Source: Octopus sinensis
Taxonomy: Eukaryota
DNA length: 64,000 bases
NCBI RefSeq assembly: GCF_006345805.1
Contig: NC_043009.1
Location: 18,476,001-18,540,000, forward strand
Direction: 5' to 3'
Position numbers and translations under genes: made by a program
In this document: piece by piece, positions 14,040 to 26,748 of the stretch
Numbering within the stretch: the stretch's first letter is position 1
Layout: each line of letters opens with the position of its first letter
Notes under the pieces: model-generated
What the model saw: the letters and a program-made list of their open reading frames with translations, nothing else
Databases searched by the model: none
What the model was told of the DNA's origin: nothing

Positions 14040-14322
14040 TCAACAGAAATGTAATAAATGTATCCATGGTTAAATATCATTTACTACCAAAATTCCATAT
14101 GCAGCTGAAGATTGCTCTACATTTTAAAACTGATGTAATACTTGCATTGTTTAATTAAATGAAGTCGCATGAAACGATTGTATTGCACTACCTTTGGATA
14201 TCCTTGTTGCTTATTTTGATTAAAATCACCCCATTTTGATTTATATCGATAATACCATACCAAATTTTGGTGCTTTTACCTTAAGTGCCATATTCAACTG
14301 AATCTAAATTCTTACTGAACTA
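14040..14322 (+). mobile_element. Non-coding hammerhead-bearing element (same family as 60.44 kb)
   Basis: Hammerhead motif 14100-14187: tgcag-CTGAAGA-ttgc...gcat-GAAAC-GATT-GTA-ttgca; 3' tail 'gataataccataccaaatt...ttaagtgccatattcaactgaatc' ends in (TA)n. Confidence 0.8.
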
Positions 14323-16269
14323 TATATATTATATAACAGTCTGTAACTGTTATATTATATATCAAACCCCATAAGATCGACGGACAAACCTGAACTAGGT
14401 AGGATTTGAACTCAGAGAACCAGAACAATTACCACAAGGCATTCTATCCGATGTTCTAACGACTTGATGCTAACTGTTTAGTACACGTAAATACGAGCGA
14501 ATATTTCTTATTTGCAATGGTTTAAGAAATATATATATTCCATTTTTTTTACATATATTTTTTCATAATTTATTATCCTATAATATATTCAAGCTAAGTT
14601 TACTTGAGCTTTACTTTTACTTGTACAGACATTTAGTTCTGAGGCTTCTATCTGCCTTCCTCCTCCTTCCCATCCAGACTATTCACTTTGATCCGAATAG
14701 TAATAATCTTGTATTATCTCCTCTAGCACTGTAAAGTTTGCGATATCAACACGAACGATTTTAACAAACTAGTTTTGAATTTATACGAATATATATACAT
14801 CCCTACAAAATGTATTATAATTTTTGTTTCACCTTCGTTGTTTTACTTATTGTTTTTCTCATCTCTAGAATTAAATATATAGAATATATTTAATTATCTC
14901 GAAGCGTGTTCTGGTCTCCGGCAGCGAAAGAAGCTTTATTTAGTTCTTTAACAGTCAGTCTAAAAAAAATTACACCGAGCGCGCGCACATACATACACAC
15001 AAACACACAGGCACACAATCCTGACCACCACCATGAAACAACCACCGACACCATCAAAACATCCGGTTCAGCTAGACGGCTAATGCTACTCTATGCTTAG
15101 CGAAATGAGTTCTTCGATTCATCAACAGGAAATATATCGGTATTTCAGTACACTATATTCTACTATAGCAATTGACCCTGTTCCAAATTCTCCTGATATT
15201 ACATACCCGCTACATTTATTTTATCCATCAACAAAGGTTTCATAAAAACGTTATGTAAAGTTTGACATAAACTTCCCGCCAGGCAAGCTCTTGTAGAAAT
15301 ATTTCTCGAGAAAGTAAGTAGGTGAGTATACCAAGACATGGGCTCAGCGAAAAACAATGAGTGGCTGGCTTGTTTGTGAAGGTCAAGACCTCTATGCGGG
15401 TTGGAATTCAGCACAACTAAAGAAATACATGTTTGTTTCAGAATTGAAACTGTTGAATATATTTAACGCAAATCAAAAGCAACAAAACACTCACAAATAA
15501 GTATTCATAGAGAAAACAGGTGTTTTATTGTTATTAGAATTATTGTTTAAACGCCACTGACAAGGTTCAAGGAAGCCGCAACACTCCTGGTGTTCCCGTT
15601 GATCTGCTGGGACGACGTTCGTGTTGCTCTGATATACTGTTTTAAACATAACATATCTATGAAAATATTTTCTCTCAGACGAAATCACAGTATGATACAT
15701 AGATAACTATTTTAATTTGATACTTTTTCTAATTGTGATGACCTAGTTTTGATTCGGCCAGGCAGCTTTCCGAAATATCGGTGAATGCATCAGTCATTGT
15801 TTCCTTTATATCGGAGGGGACAGATTTCGTTTAGGCATGGGACTATCTAGTACATGTCATTAACAAAGTTCTAGGAAGCCGAACCGCGTTCTCGTGGGTC
15901 ATTGCTGCGACGATGTTCGCCCCGCTCTGACATTTATTACGTTTATAACACAACATACCTATCAAGAAATGTTTCCTTAGTCAAAAACCACATCATGCTT
16001 TTCAAAGGTGTATGCAGGTTATCTATGACATGATGCATAGATTTTAGTTATTGGTTGGTTAAAATAAAGAAAAAAGGACTTTCATGCTCTACAGCATTTA
16101 CTACTAGTCAACATTTATCTGTATGAAGTCTCATAGTAGGGTTAAGACTGTTAACTGACGCCGTTTTAAAGACTGTGCCTTCACGAGGAAGCTTCTACGC
16201 TGTTACACGAACTGCTAAAACGGTCAGCTAGTGACTCTTAAAGTGTCAAACATAACCACATAACTTCCA

Positions 16270-16940
16270 ATATTTCCGAAAAGTTCCTTTTGCTGAAATT
16301 TCATTATGAAGATGGAAACTTCTAGTTAGGAATGCATTACTGGCGATCTTCGAGGATCTAGATGGCAAGTCAATGATCCTGGGCGTGTAGAAAAGCGGTG
16401 GCAGTGCCTTCAAACATAGTGGCCATCTACGCAGAGCTAAGGACAGGGCAGCCGGATTTCTTGCGGTATCTGAAAGTTGTAGGGAACGTCTTACTTTTTA
16501 TACTAATTACACACAATGGGGTTGCGTTAGGCTACCTGACAGGAAAGATTGGTATAAGAGTCTCACAAACCTACTCAGGCGATTCTAACTGACTGACAGG
16601 TACCGACTGGATAACGGAAGTGTAGTATTGAGGATGTGGAATAATCGCATGAGGTTGTCCCGATCGTATACAGACAGTGTATTTATCAGCTCACAAAGGT
16701 AACAGTCAAGGGCATTAGTTACTATATTGATCCTTGGCTTGGAACCTTTGCATTGCGGTGTGGAAAAGTAGTCACTGAAGGGTCGGATGAGTAGAAATGG
16801 ACTTATACATCCTAATTCCCGGAGCAACAACAACATACCGAAAATGTTTCGTGCTGTGGGTGCAGAAACGAAAGGCTTTCTATAGAGAGTCGGTGGTGAG
16901 CAAGAGTAACAACGTTTCGAGGGGAGATCCAAAACAATCA
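16270..16940 (+). mobile_element. Tx1/L1 APE endonuclease remnant
   Basis: 'IVAIYAELRTGQPDFLRYL' and 'SRSYTDSV' resemble Tx1 endonuclease motifs; degraded. Confidence 0.55.
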
Positions 16941-16945
16941 GCTTG

Positions 16946-17228
16946 CTAGTCTGTCCTCTCTTTGCCGAACCGCTAGGTTACGGGGACTTAAACACACAAG
17001 CATCGGTTGTCAAGCGATGTTGGGGGGACAAACACAGATACATAAACATATACACACACATACATATAAATATACATATATACGACGGTCTTCTTTCAGT
17101 TTCCGTCTACCAAATCCACTCACAAGACTATAGGAGAAGACAGTTGCCCAAGGTGCAACGTAGTGGGAACGAACCCGGAACCATGTGGTTGGTAAGCAAG
17201 CTACTTACCACACAGCCACTCCTGCGCC
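16946..17228 (-). mobile_element. SINE family A, 3'-truncated
   Basis: Reverse complement of the family A head and body. Confidence 0.85.
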
Positions 17229-17230
17229 TA

Positions 17231-17299
<69 letters not shown>

Positions 17300-17300
<1 letters not shown>

Positions 17301-17523
17301 CCGGAGTAAACACATAAATGTAAAACAAGGTGGAAAAAAGAGTACTCAAATACTAGTGGTAGAGTAATATGCTTTATTTAAGCAGCAGAAAATTCAACAA
17401 AACCTGTTACTCTGAGTTTCGCGTTGCCGTTCATCGGACAGTTGTAGCAAAAACTGTCCGATGAACGGCAACGCGAAACTCAGAGTAACAGGTTTTGTTG
17501 AATTTTCTGCTACTTTAAATAAA

Positions 17524-17527
<4 letters not shown>
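17300..17527. mobile_element. Hammerhead-containing fold-back in (TA)n
   Basis: Arms ~17367-17443 and ~17452-17527 are inverted. Plus-strand motif 17454-17491: ctgt-CCGATGA-acggcaacgc-GAAAC-TCAGA-GTA-acag; minus-strand copy at 17404-17441. Confidence 0.85.
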
Positions 17528-17584
<57 letters not shown>

Positions 17585-17691
17585 ACCTAACTTCTGGACT
17601 TATCTAATTGGAACTATCCAAATGATAGTAATCAATTTACATGGATAGAAGCTTATTTTTTAAAAAAAATTATCCTGAAAATCACCTGATA

Positions 17692-18011
17692 CTTTTGTTG
17701 TAAAGTGAAAGAGGGGAGAAAGTAAAAGATGTATGAACGTGTATATGAAATGGACGTGTGTGTTTGTGTGTGTGTGAGAGAGAGAGAGAAAGACATGGAA
17801 AGAAAGCGAGTGTGCTACTTATACATACATACGAACATACACATTGACTCACTCTATTTCTCTCTCTCTGTCTCACACGTACACGTACATACAAAAAAGA
17901 TGTACGCATATGTATTGATGTATGTACGTATATATGACAACACACCCCTTCACTCATATTCTCTCTCTCTTTCTCTCTCTTCCTTCCTCTCTCTCAGTGC
18001 TTCTCTCTCTT

Positions 18012-18049
<38 letters not shown>

Positions 18050-18122
18050 ACACACACACGTCCATTTCATATACACGTACATACATCTTACACTTTCTCC
18101 TCTCTTTCACTTTAAAACAAAA
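17692..18122. repeat. Inverted repeat with ~100-bp arms
   Basis: ttttgttgtaaagtgaaagagg...gaaatggacgtgtg versus cacacgtccatttc...tttcactttaaaacaaaa. Confidence 0.75.
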
Positions 18123-18315
18123 GTAAATAAATAAAAAATTTACAGAAATTAACGAACTGAAATCACATTTAGTTAAAAATATTTCGAAATGATTAAAATA
18201 CTGTGTAAGTCAAAATGTCAACGTTTTTTTTAGAGAGTGAAATGACTATATGTGTGTGTGTGTGTTACAGATAGCCGACGTGTGTTTATGCTGATTGACA
18301 CGCCATGGCATTCAT

Positions 18316-18354
<39 letters not shown>

Positions 18355-18565
18355 TGCCCCCACGGAAGCCATGTATTTTTTTGTTAAAAAATAACAAAAA
18401 CTGTGTTTAATTGTTTAAAGAGAAGTCCAAATGTCGCAAAAATTTGTACAGCACTGCCGAAGGTAAGTATGAAAATAAATATGTAAAAATATTAAGATAA
18501 AACATACGATTTGAGATATTTCAGTTACAGACAAACATCTCTAAAGTTTTAGTATTATCAACATA

Positions 18566-18969
18566 GTCGCAGGAGTGGCTGTGTGGTAAGTAGCTTGCTT
18601 ACCAACCACATGGTTCCGGGTTCAGTCCTACTGCGTGGCACCTTGGGCAAGTGTCTTCTGCTATAGCCTCGGGCCGACCAAAGCCTTGTGAGTGGATTTG
18701 GTAGACAGAAACTGAAAGAAGCCCGTCCTATATATGTATATATGTGTGTGTGTTTGTGTGTCTGTGTTTGTCCCCCCAACATCGCTTGACAACCGATGCT
18801 GGTGTGTTTACGTCCCCGTAACTTAGCGGTTCGGCAAAAGAGACCGATAGAATAAGTACTAGGCTTACAAAGAATAAGTCCTGGGATCGATTTTCTCGAC
18901 TAAAGGCGGTGCTCCAGCATGGCTGCAGTCAATTGACTGAAACAAGTAAAAGAGTAAAGAATAAAGAGT
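18566..18969 (+). mobile_element. SINE family A, full length
   Basis: Complete head, body and tail. Confidence 0.9.
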
Positions 18970-18978
18970 ATACATTTG

Positions 18979-19192
18979 CTCTTTACTCTTTTACTCTCTT
19001 CAGTCATTTTGTCTGAGGCCATACTAGGGCACAACCTTTAGTCGAGAAAATCGCCCCCAAAATTTATTCTTTGTAAGCCTAGTATTTATTCTATCGGTTT
19101 CTTTTGCCAAACCGCTAAGTTACGGAGACGTAAACACAGCAGCATCTGTTGTTAAGCGATGTTGAGGGGGGACAAACACAGACACACAAACA

Positions 19193-19242
<50 letters not shown>

Positions 19243-19422
19243 ACACACACACACATATATACATATATATATATACGATGGGCTTCTTTCAGTTTCCGTC
19301 TACGAAATCCACTCACAAGGCTTTGGTCGGCCCGATGCTATAGTAAAAGTCACTTGCGCAAGGTTCCACGCAGTGGTCTGAACCCGGAACCATGTGGCTG
19401 GTAAGTAAGTTACTTACCACAT
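18979..19422 (-). mobile_element. SINE family A, tail-to-tail with the previous copy
   Basis: Reverse-complement copy. Confidence 0.9.
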
Positions 19423-19475
19423 ACACTCACACACACACAGACACACACACAGACACACACACCACACACACACAT

Positions 19476-19551
<76 letters not shown>

Positions 19552-19552
19552 C

Positions 19553-19703
19553 AAGAGTGGCTGTGTGGTAAATAGCTTGCTTACCACATGGTTCCGGGTT
19601 CAGTCCCACTACATGGCACCTTGGGCAAGTGTCTTCTACTATAGCCTCGGACCGACCAAAGTCTTGTGAGTGGATTTGGTAGATGGAAACTGAAAGAAGC
19701 CCG

Positions 19704-19772
<69 letters not shown>

Positions 19773-19968
19773 ATGCGTCTGTGTGTGTGTGTTTGTTCCC
19801 CACCATCGCTTGACAACCGATGTTATTGTGCTTGTGTCCCCGTAACTTAGCGATTCGGCAATGAGACCGATAGAATAAGTACTAGGCTTACAAAGAAAAA
19901 GTCCTGGGGTCGATTTGTTCGAGTAAAGACGGCGTTCCAGCATGGCACGGTCAAATGACTGAAACAAA
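19553..19968 (+). mobile_element. SINE family A
   Basis: Complete head, body and tail. Confidence 0.9.
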
Positions 19969-19989
19969 TAATATATATATATATATATA

Positions 19990-21062
19990 TATTAAACTAA
20001 AATTATTGAACAAACAAATGCAAGGTCATCCGCATAGCATTTCATAATTCGAACATTTAATCATAGAATATACATATAAACATCCCGCAAGATGGAACAT
20101 GATTCATCTGTACAAGCATATAAGCATATATATACTTCATCAAAATTTTTGAGTTAATATTTTAGCGATTCAGAAAAAATACATTTTTTAAAAAACGTAG
20201 AAAGTAAAAATATAATATAAGTAATATATAAAAATAAATAGGTATATAAAAATATATAAAATATATATTATTATATACATATAGGAGCATATAAAAAATA
20301 TATATCATGTAAATAAAATAAAAGTTCATCGTTTAGAAATCTTATTAAATAATTATTCAAGTAAAAGAAGCCTTATAGTTAAGAAGGGAACCATAGTTAC
20401 ATATCCCTATGGCCATTTCAGGGGTGTATTATGTTTAAAGCACTAGGGTGCATCCAGATAATACCTCCTTCGTCAGGGAAAAAAATATATAAACATAAAG
20501 ATAGACATTATCACGTACCAAGCCCGCACAATGTTGTTTGCTTTCCTATTGAGGCATTCATGCTCGGATTGCCCAAAACTATAAGGCTTCTTTTACCTAA
20601 ATAATTATTTAATAAGATTTCTAAACGATGAACTTTCATTTTATTTACATGATATATATTTTTATATGCTCCTATATGTATATAATAATATACATTTTAT
20701 ATATTTTTATATACCTATATATTTTTATATATTACTTATATTATATCTTTTACTTTCTACGTTTTTTAAAAAATGTATTTTTTCTGAATCGCTAAAATAT
20801 TAACTCTAAATTTTGATGAAAAAAAAATTTTTCTCGCACCTTATTATTATTATATGCTTGTCTGCTTATACAGATGAATTATGTTCCATCTTGCGGGATG
20901 TTTATATGTATATTCTATGATTAAATGTTCGAATTATGAAATGATATGCGGATGACCTTGCATTTGTTTGTTCAATAATTTTTGTTTAATATTTTTGTCT
21001 CTTTCAATAGAGCACTTCTATTAATCTTTTTGTTCCTGACAAGAAACAATCACTGTATTATT
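19990..21062. mobile_element. Long AT-rich fold-back in (TA)n (arms ~390 bp, loop ~195 bp)
   Basis: 19992-20380 is the reverse complement of ~20577-20990, with several substitutions; the right side extends a further ~70 bp to (TA)n. Confidence 0.85.
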
Positions 21063-21109
21063 GATATATATATATATTTTATTTCATAGATATTCATTTT
21101 ATTTTTATT

Positions 21110-22390
21110 TTATCTAGTTTCAGCTCACGAGCTGTGGCCATGCAGGGGCACCACCATTTGGTTTTGCTGCATGATTTTACTTCACGAATGCTTTTTAGCA
21201 ATTGACATTTGGTGCATGAGAGAGTTTGATGCAGCTGCCCTCACCTGCACCTCCTGCTGCGAAGTTGGTTCATCTGGGACACCTGACAGGAAGAAGTCCA
21301 CCTTTATTTTGAAGACACCTACATCCACCCCATGCAGGTCTCTCAGGTCCTTCGGAATGATATTGAAGAGCTTTGGACCTCTGAAGCCCAGGATATTGCA
21401 ATATCTTGTCCTACATCTTGACGGCAAATTTGGAATCCTTGACACTATGCAGTGGCGCCCAGTTCTAGCATTTGTGTAACTCTCGATGCTAAAGTTTGGG
21501 ACAAGTCCTTCCAGGATCTTCCAGATGTATATTATGGCATATTTCTCGCCTACGCTCTAAGGAATAGAGTCTTAATCTCTTGAGTCTTTCCCAATAGCTT
21601 ATATGCTGCATAGAGGCTATCTTCTTCGTGTAGCTTCATTGGATTGCCTCAAGTTCTGAGATTAATTTGACACTGAATGGTGACCATAGCTGAGAGTAAT
21701 AGGCAAAGTGGCTTAGGACAAGTGTCCTCCAGAGGACCATCATGGTTTCCTGGTCTCTTGTTCTAAAGGCTCTAAGAATCCATCCGGTCAGCCGCCTACA
21801 TTTCATTGCCAATTTAGCAACATGCACATGAAAGGTTGCATCATTACTCATGTAAATACCCAGGTCTCGCACTGATTGTGCCTCTGGGATTGCAATCCCT
21901 CCAGGTCCAGTGTATTCATTGGGTATTGCATTTAGTTTTGCATGCTGAAAGCATAAAGCTTGAAACTTTTCAGCATTGAACTGCATGCTATTCTTTTCAG
22001 CCCCCTTGTATATTTTGCCCAGCTCACATTGCAGGTGCATAGTGTCTTTAGGATTCTGTATTACCTGTGAAACTTTTGTATCATCTGCATAACTTGTGAT
22101 CGTGGCTCTCTGCGTGGCTGAGGGCATGTCTGAGAGGGCCATTATGAACAGTAGTGGTCCCAAAACAGTGCCTTGCGGAACACCGCTCATTATTTGCATG
22201 TCATTGGAGGTGGCCCCATAGGCTACTACCACCTGACTTCTATCCTTCAGAAAATCATGAAGCCATTCTCCCAATTTTCCAACTATGCCAAGATCACGCA
22301 GTTTGTGACATATCATTCCATGATCGACTTTATCAAAGGCCTTTGCAAAGTCGAGATATATCACTGCCACATTTGAGTGGTTGAGCAGCT
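21110..22390 (-). mobile_element. CR1/Jockey-group LINE, 5'-truncated RT plus 3' end
   Basis: YLDFAKAFDKVDH, SGVPQGTVLGPLLF, YADDTK, RDLGI motifs; interrupted at (TA)n near 22393. Confidence 0.9.
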
Positions 22391-22409
22391 GTTATATATA
22401 TATATATAA

Positions 22410-23215
22410 CTTACAAAATGGGACAAGAACGCAAAACATCCGGACAACTAGGTGATACAAAAAGGGAAACAAAACATCCAGACAGACGATACAAAAAAAA
22501 AAAACAAGGACGGGTCATTCGAAGCCTTTTATCTTCAGTCAAGAACCGGATCATCCTCGCAATTTCGGTTGATTAATCTTGAGATTGCTCCAATCTGGCC
22601 AGCCCCAAGGAAAAACTAACTTCTTGAGCATTAGATTCCTTGGAAAAAAAGCATTGAATGTATACGAAAAGAAGGACAGAAAAACAGACGATGTTACACG
22701 AATATAAATACAAAAATTGAATATAAATAACAATAATAATATTAATAATAACAGGGCATAACAACAGGCGTCTTTCGATTGGAGACGAATTGAATTCAGC
22801 TGGCGTGTGTGGAGCTCAAGCCTTACGGCAGAGGGAAGTGTATCGATGTGGCAGTGACCGTGGTCAGACGCAAAAGGGCTAGCAGTCGGCCAATCGGTCA
22901 CGTGAGAAGAGAAGAGAGAGAAAAAGAGGTACAAAGGAATTAAGGAGGGGGAGAAGAGAGAGAGAGAGAGCGAGAGAGAGAGGGAGAGAGCGAAAGAGAG
23001 AGTGTGTAGACGGAAGAATCAAGGAGTGGCGAGAAAAAAAAGAGAGACAGAGACATAGTGAAGTGAAAAGTGAGTAAGAAAGGCAAAGAAATGTGAGAGA
23101 GGTAGGGAGAAAGCAAGAACGATGCGTTAACATGTTGCAAAAGTATATATATATATATGTTTTCGTTTCTCATTGTGTTCAACGTTTTTTTGATGTCCTG
23201 TATCCATATATGCAT
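22410..23215. mobile_element. Interspersed repeat inserted at (TA)n, probably a Penelope-type 3' region
   Basis: Bounded by (TA)n, non-coding, truncates the adjacent LINE; family assignment is inference. Confidence 0.4.
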
Positions 23216-23262
23216 GTATATATACATATATATATGTAGGTTTGTACATATATGTATGTATA

Positions 23263-23658
23263 GGCGTAGGAGTGGCTGTGTGGTAAGTAGCTTGCTAACC
23301 AACCACATGGTTCCGGGTTCAGTCCCACTGCGTGGCACCTTGGGCAAGTGTCTTCTGCTATAGCCCCGGGCTGACCAATGCCTTGTGAGTGGATTTGGTA
23401 GACGGAAACTGAAAGAAGCCTGTCGTATATATGTATATATATATATATATGTGTGTATATGTGTTTGTGTGTCTGTGTTTGTCCCCCTAGCATTACTTGA
23501 TAACCGATGCTGGTGTGTTTACGTCCCCGTCACTTAGCGGTTCGGCAAAAGAGACCGATAGAATAAGTCCTGGGGTCGATTTGCTCGACTAAAGGCGGTG
23601 CTCCAGCATGGCCGCAGTCAAATGACTGAAACAAGTAAAAGAGTAAAGAGTAAAGAGA
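23263..23658 (+). mobile_element. SINE family A
   Basis: Complete copy. Confidence 0.9.
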
Positions 23659-23746
23659 ATATATGTTTATATTTATGTATTATTTATATTGTTATATGAT
23701 CGAACGCCACGCATCCTTTTCCAAGTAAGTTTTATCTATCTATCTA

Positions 23747-23782
<36 letters not shown>

Positions 23783-24054
23783 GGTGAATGCGTGGCTGTG
23801 TGGTAAGAAGCTTGCTTCCCAACAACATGGTCCCGGGGTCAGTTTCATTGTGTGACGCTTTGGGCAAGTGTCTTCTATTATAGCCTCGGGCTAATGTCGG
23901 CGTGTTTACGTCTTCATAAATTAGCGGTTCGGCAAAAGACCGATAGAATAAGTTCTAGGCTTTAAAAAAGTCCTGAAGTCGATTCATTCGACTAAAACCC
24001 TTCAACGTGGTGCTCCAGGATGGTCTCACTCAAATGACTAAAACAAGTAAAAGA
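23783..24054 (+). mobile_element. SINE family A, diverged and internally deleted
   Basis: Head and tail recognisable. Confidence 0.8.
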
Positions 24055-24104
24055 ATATATATATATACATATATACAGAGAGAGAGGTGGGAGAGAGAGA
24101 GCGG

Positions 24105-24161
<57 letters not shown>

Positions 24162-25099
24162 AATGATGCAAACAGGAAAATTGAAGTGTATTTGCTTATT
24201 GAAACACGCAACGGACGAGCAGACTATTTGAAAAATATGAATTATCAACGTCACATTCTAATTGTTTTTAAAATTTGTTCGAGAAATATCCAGGAAAATG
24301 TAATTTTAACCAGCTATATAAACTCACAGCTCTTCGACCTACAACTAGTCTGATAAGCACCAACGCACGAAACTCTCAGTGCATGAGCCACTCTGTACTT
24401 CTGCTAAATATCAATAAAAATGATATAAATATATATAAAATAACGAAGGCGACTATACGCAATATAACAGCAAAAAGGAAATGTTCACTTGTCAGTATTT
24501 GTGACTGACGATGCAGGGTAGTACCTACATTGATTGAAATAAGAGTTAAAAAAACTTTCAGCTGCAAGGAAGCACAGTTTTTGTACACTGAAAGGGAGGT
24601 CATTGCCCCACAGCGAGCGAGATCACTATACTAGTCTAGTTTCGCCTAAAATTAAAGCTAATTAGTAGTGACTACTCCACCACTAAATAGTTTGGCTAAA
24701 TCCCGACTGTCAGTATTTACGATATGAATCTATAACTGATTCAGCAAAATGGTAATGTGAAAATTATAAAATAACTGATAAGTCCCGCATTATGACAACG
24801 TATTTCGTCGTCTACGTGACTGGCGCGAACAGCCTACCTCACTGACAGTATTTCTATATTTGACACATAGGCCCTGATACAGATGGGGACGGCACAAGGA
24901 CACCACAGTGGGGACAAAAATCATAAAACGAATGGATGAGAAAGGAACAATAATTAATGAGGATGTAATGGCTGCTTGAAACCCACTCTCAAGCAAGTAC
25001 CTTTTAACTGTTTCAATAAAAAGTTTTTATATCATTTTTTCTCATTTTTTCTCCCTTTTTTTCCTTTTAGCATCGTATATGTAGTCTATTTAAAAAAAA

Positions 25100-25890
25100 T
25101 TTTTTAAGCTTGCTCACGCTTTACAAGTTCATGTATGACTTCAAATCTACATAATCTACAACAGGCGGTAGGTCATCGAACTCTACCTCCACTCCCATTC
25201 TTTTAATTTTCTACACCCCTCTTAGTCTATTACTATGCCTTTTGTATTTTCTGTGTAAAGCTCCGCTGGTAATTTTACTCTAGTTACCGATTTGAATTTG
25301 GTAATTTTCCTTTCTATTGCCGTACTTTTTGAATATGCTACCATATACCATTTATTTTAATTGTTTGTTTCTGCGGTGAACTTGGGTTGTCTGGGTAGGT
25401 TTCCTTCTTGTTTCCTTTTGTTTGTGATGCTGGTTGAGATGTGTACCGCATAAGCTCTGCAATGTCCATTTCACTCTTTTTCTTGTTTGAACTCTTCGGA
25501 GGTGAGTTCACAAATTCTTTTCTTTTTCGTCTGTTCACATCCGTAAGTCCTTCCTCCGCCTCCCCTGTGCATTTCTCACTTACTAGGGCCGCCACTTCGG
25601 CATTCTGCTCCTTTTGGCTTTCCTCATTTTTGCTATCTCTCTGGGGGCACCTTATTCTCATGTGTCCCTTCTTTCCGCATTGATAACAGGTTGGTGGTCT
25701 TCCTTCCACCACCACTCTCGACCTTATGTCCTCCGGCAGAATTACCTCTTCAGCGATTTCGTTCAAATCTTTTTGTCCAATCTGAATGACCATTTCTAGG
25801 CCATATCCCCATCAATTTACCTTCTTTGTCATTGTCACCTTTAAAATTTTGGCGTCCTCCTCGGTTTTATGCATAACTACTGTAGCTTCT
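25100..25890 (-). mobile_element. LINE ORF1 (gag-like) fragment with CCHC zinc knuckle
   Basis: ORF 25338..25793: RVVVEGRPPTCYQCGKKGHMRIRCP. Confidence 0.75.
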
Positions 25891-25949
25891 TTTTCAGAGT
25901 TTCCTTGCAAATGGTAAACTCCCGGATAAACTGGAGAAGGAAATAATAC

Positions 25950-26275
25950 GCTCTAATCATAAAGGAGGAAGCTGAACAGATACTAAAACTATAGGACTAT
26001 CTCAGCAAGGTCATGGGAGAACTAGTCCGAAGGAAATTAATTCCATTCCTAGAAAAGAATGACTTGCTGACAGACACCCAGCGCTGTTTTCGACACAGCT
26101 CTTGCAGCATTACTACTGGGAGCTAAAGCAGCTGCTCAAAACCTTAAATGTGGACGTGATATACCTCGACTTTGCAAAAGCTTTTGACAAAGTCGACCAT
26201 AGTATGATAGGTCACAAACTGCGTAATCTTAGGATAACTGCAAAACTTGGAGATTGGCTACATGTCGTTCTACAA
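25950..26275 (+). mobile_element. CR1/Jockey-group RT fragment, same family as 21.1-22.4 kb
   Basis: 'gtgatatacctcgactttgcaaaagcttttgacaaagtcgaccat' encodes VIYLDFAKAFDKVDH. Confidence 0.8.
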
Positions 26276-26610
26276 TAACCAAGAAAATAGAAAGAGCCAC
26301 GGAAGAAGCGATAGAAGAATGTCTTAAGGAGATAAAGAATCTAACAACATTCTACACAAGAAGTAGAAAATACGGTACAGTGGAGGTGAGATTTGCCAAT
26401 GAACAGGAGGCAATAAATCTGTGACGCTGAGGACGAAAGAATGGGTACTCCCGTCACACTACTGCGGCAAAATGGTCGCCAGAGTTAGAATTGGCAGGGT
26501 ACCACCGGAAATCAAAGAAGCGTGTCTGGTGGAAGCCATAATGCACAAAACCGAGAACGAGGCCAAAATTTTAAAGGTGACAAGGACAAAGAAGATACAT
26601 TGATGGGCAT
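26276..26610 (+). mobile_element. LINE ORF1 fragment related to 25.1-25.9 kb (opposite strand)
   Basis: 'gccaaaattttaaaggtgacaa' is shared in inverted orientation with 25830-25855. Confidence 0.65.
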
Positions 26611-26611
26611 A

Positions 26612-26709
26612 TGGCGTAGTGGTTAAGAGCGCGGGCTACTAACCGCGAGATTCCGAGTTTGATTCCAAGCAGTGACCTGAACAACAACAACAACAATAAT
26701 AATAATAAC

Positions 26710-26748
<39 letters not shown>

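Noticed and set aside
22510-22810. Hammerhead motifs in the 22.4-23.2 kb repeat (minus CTGAAGA...TCGAA; CTGAA...CGAAAG)
   Set aside because: I could not build consistent stems or a cleavage triplet.
26612-26670. tRNA gene (also the tRNA-like heads at 35240, 58770 and in SINE A)
   Set aside because: No complete acceptor stem; each continues into a SINE body, so these are tRNA-derived heads.
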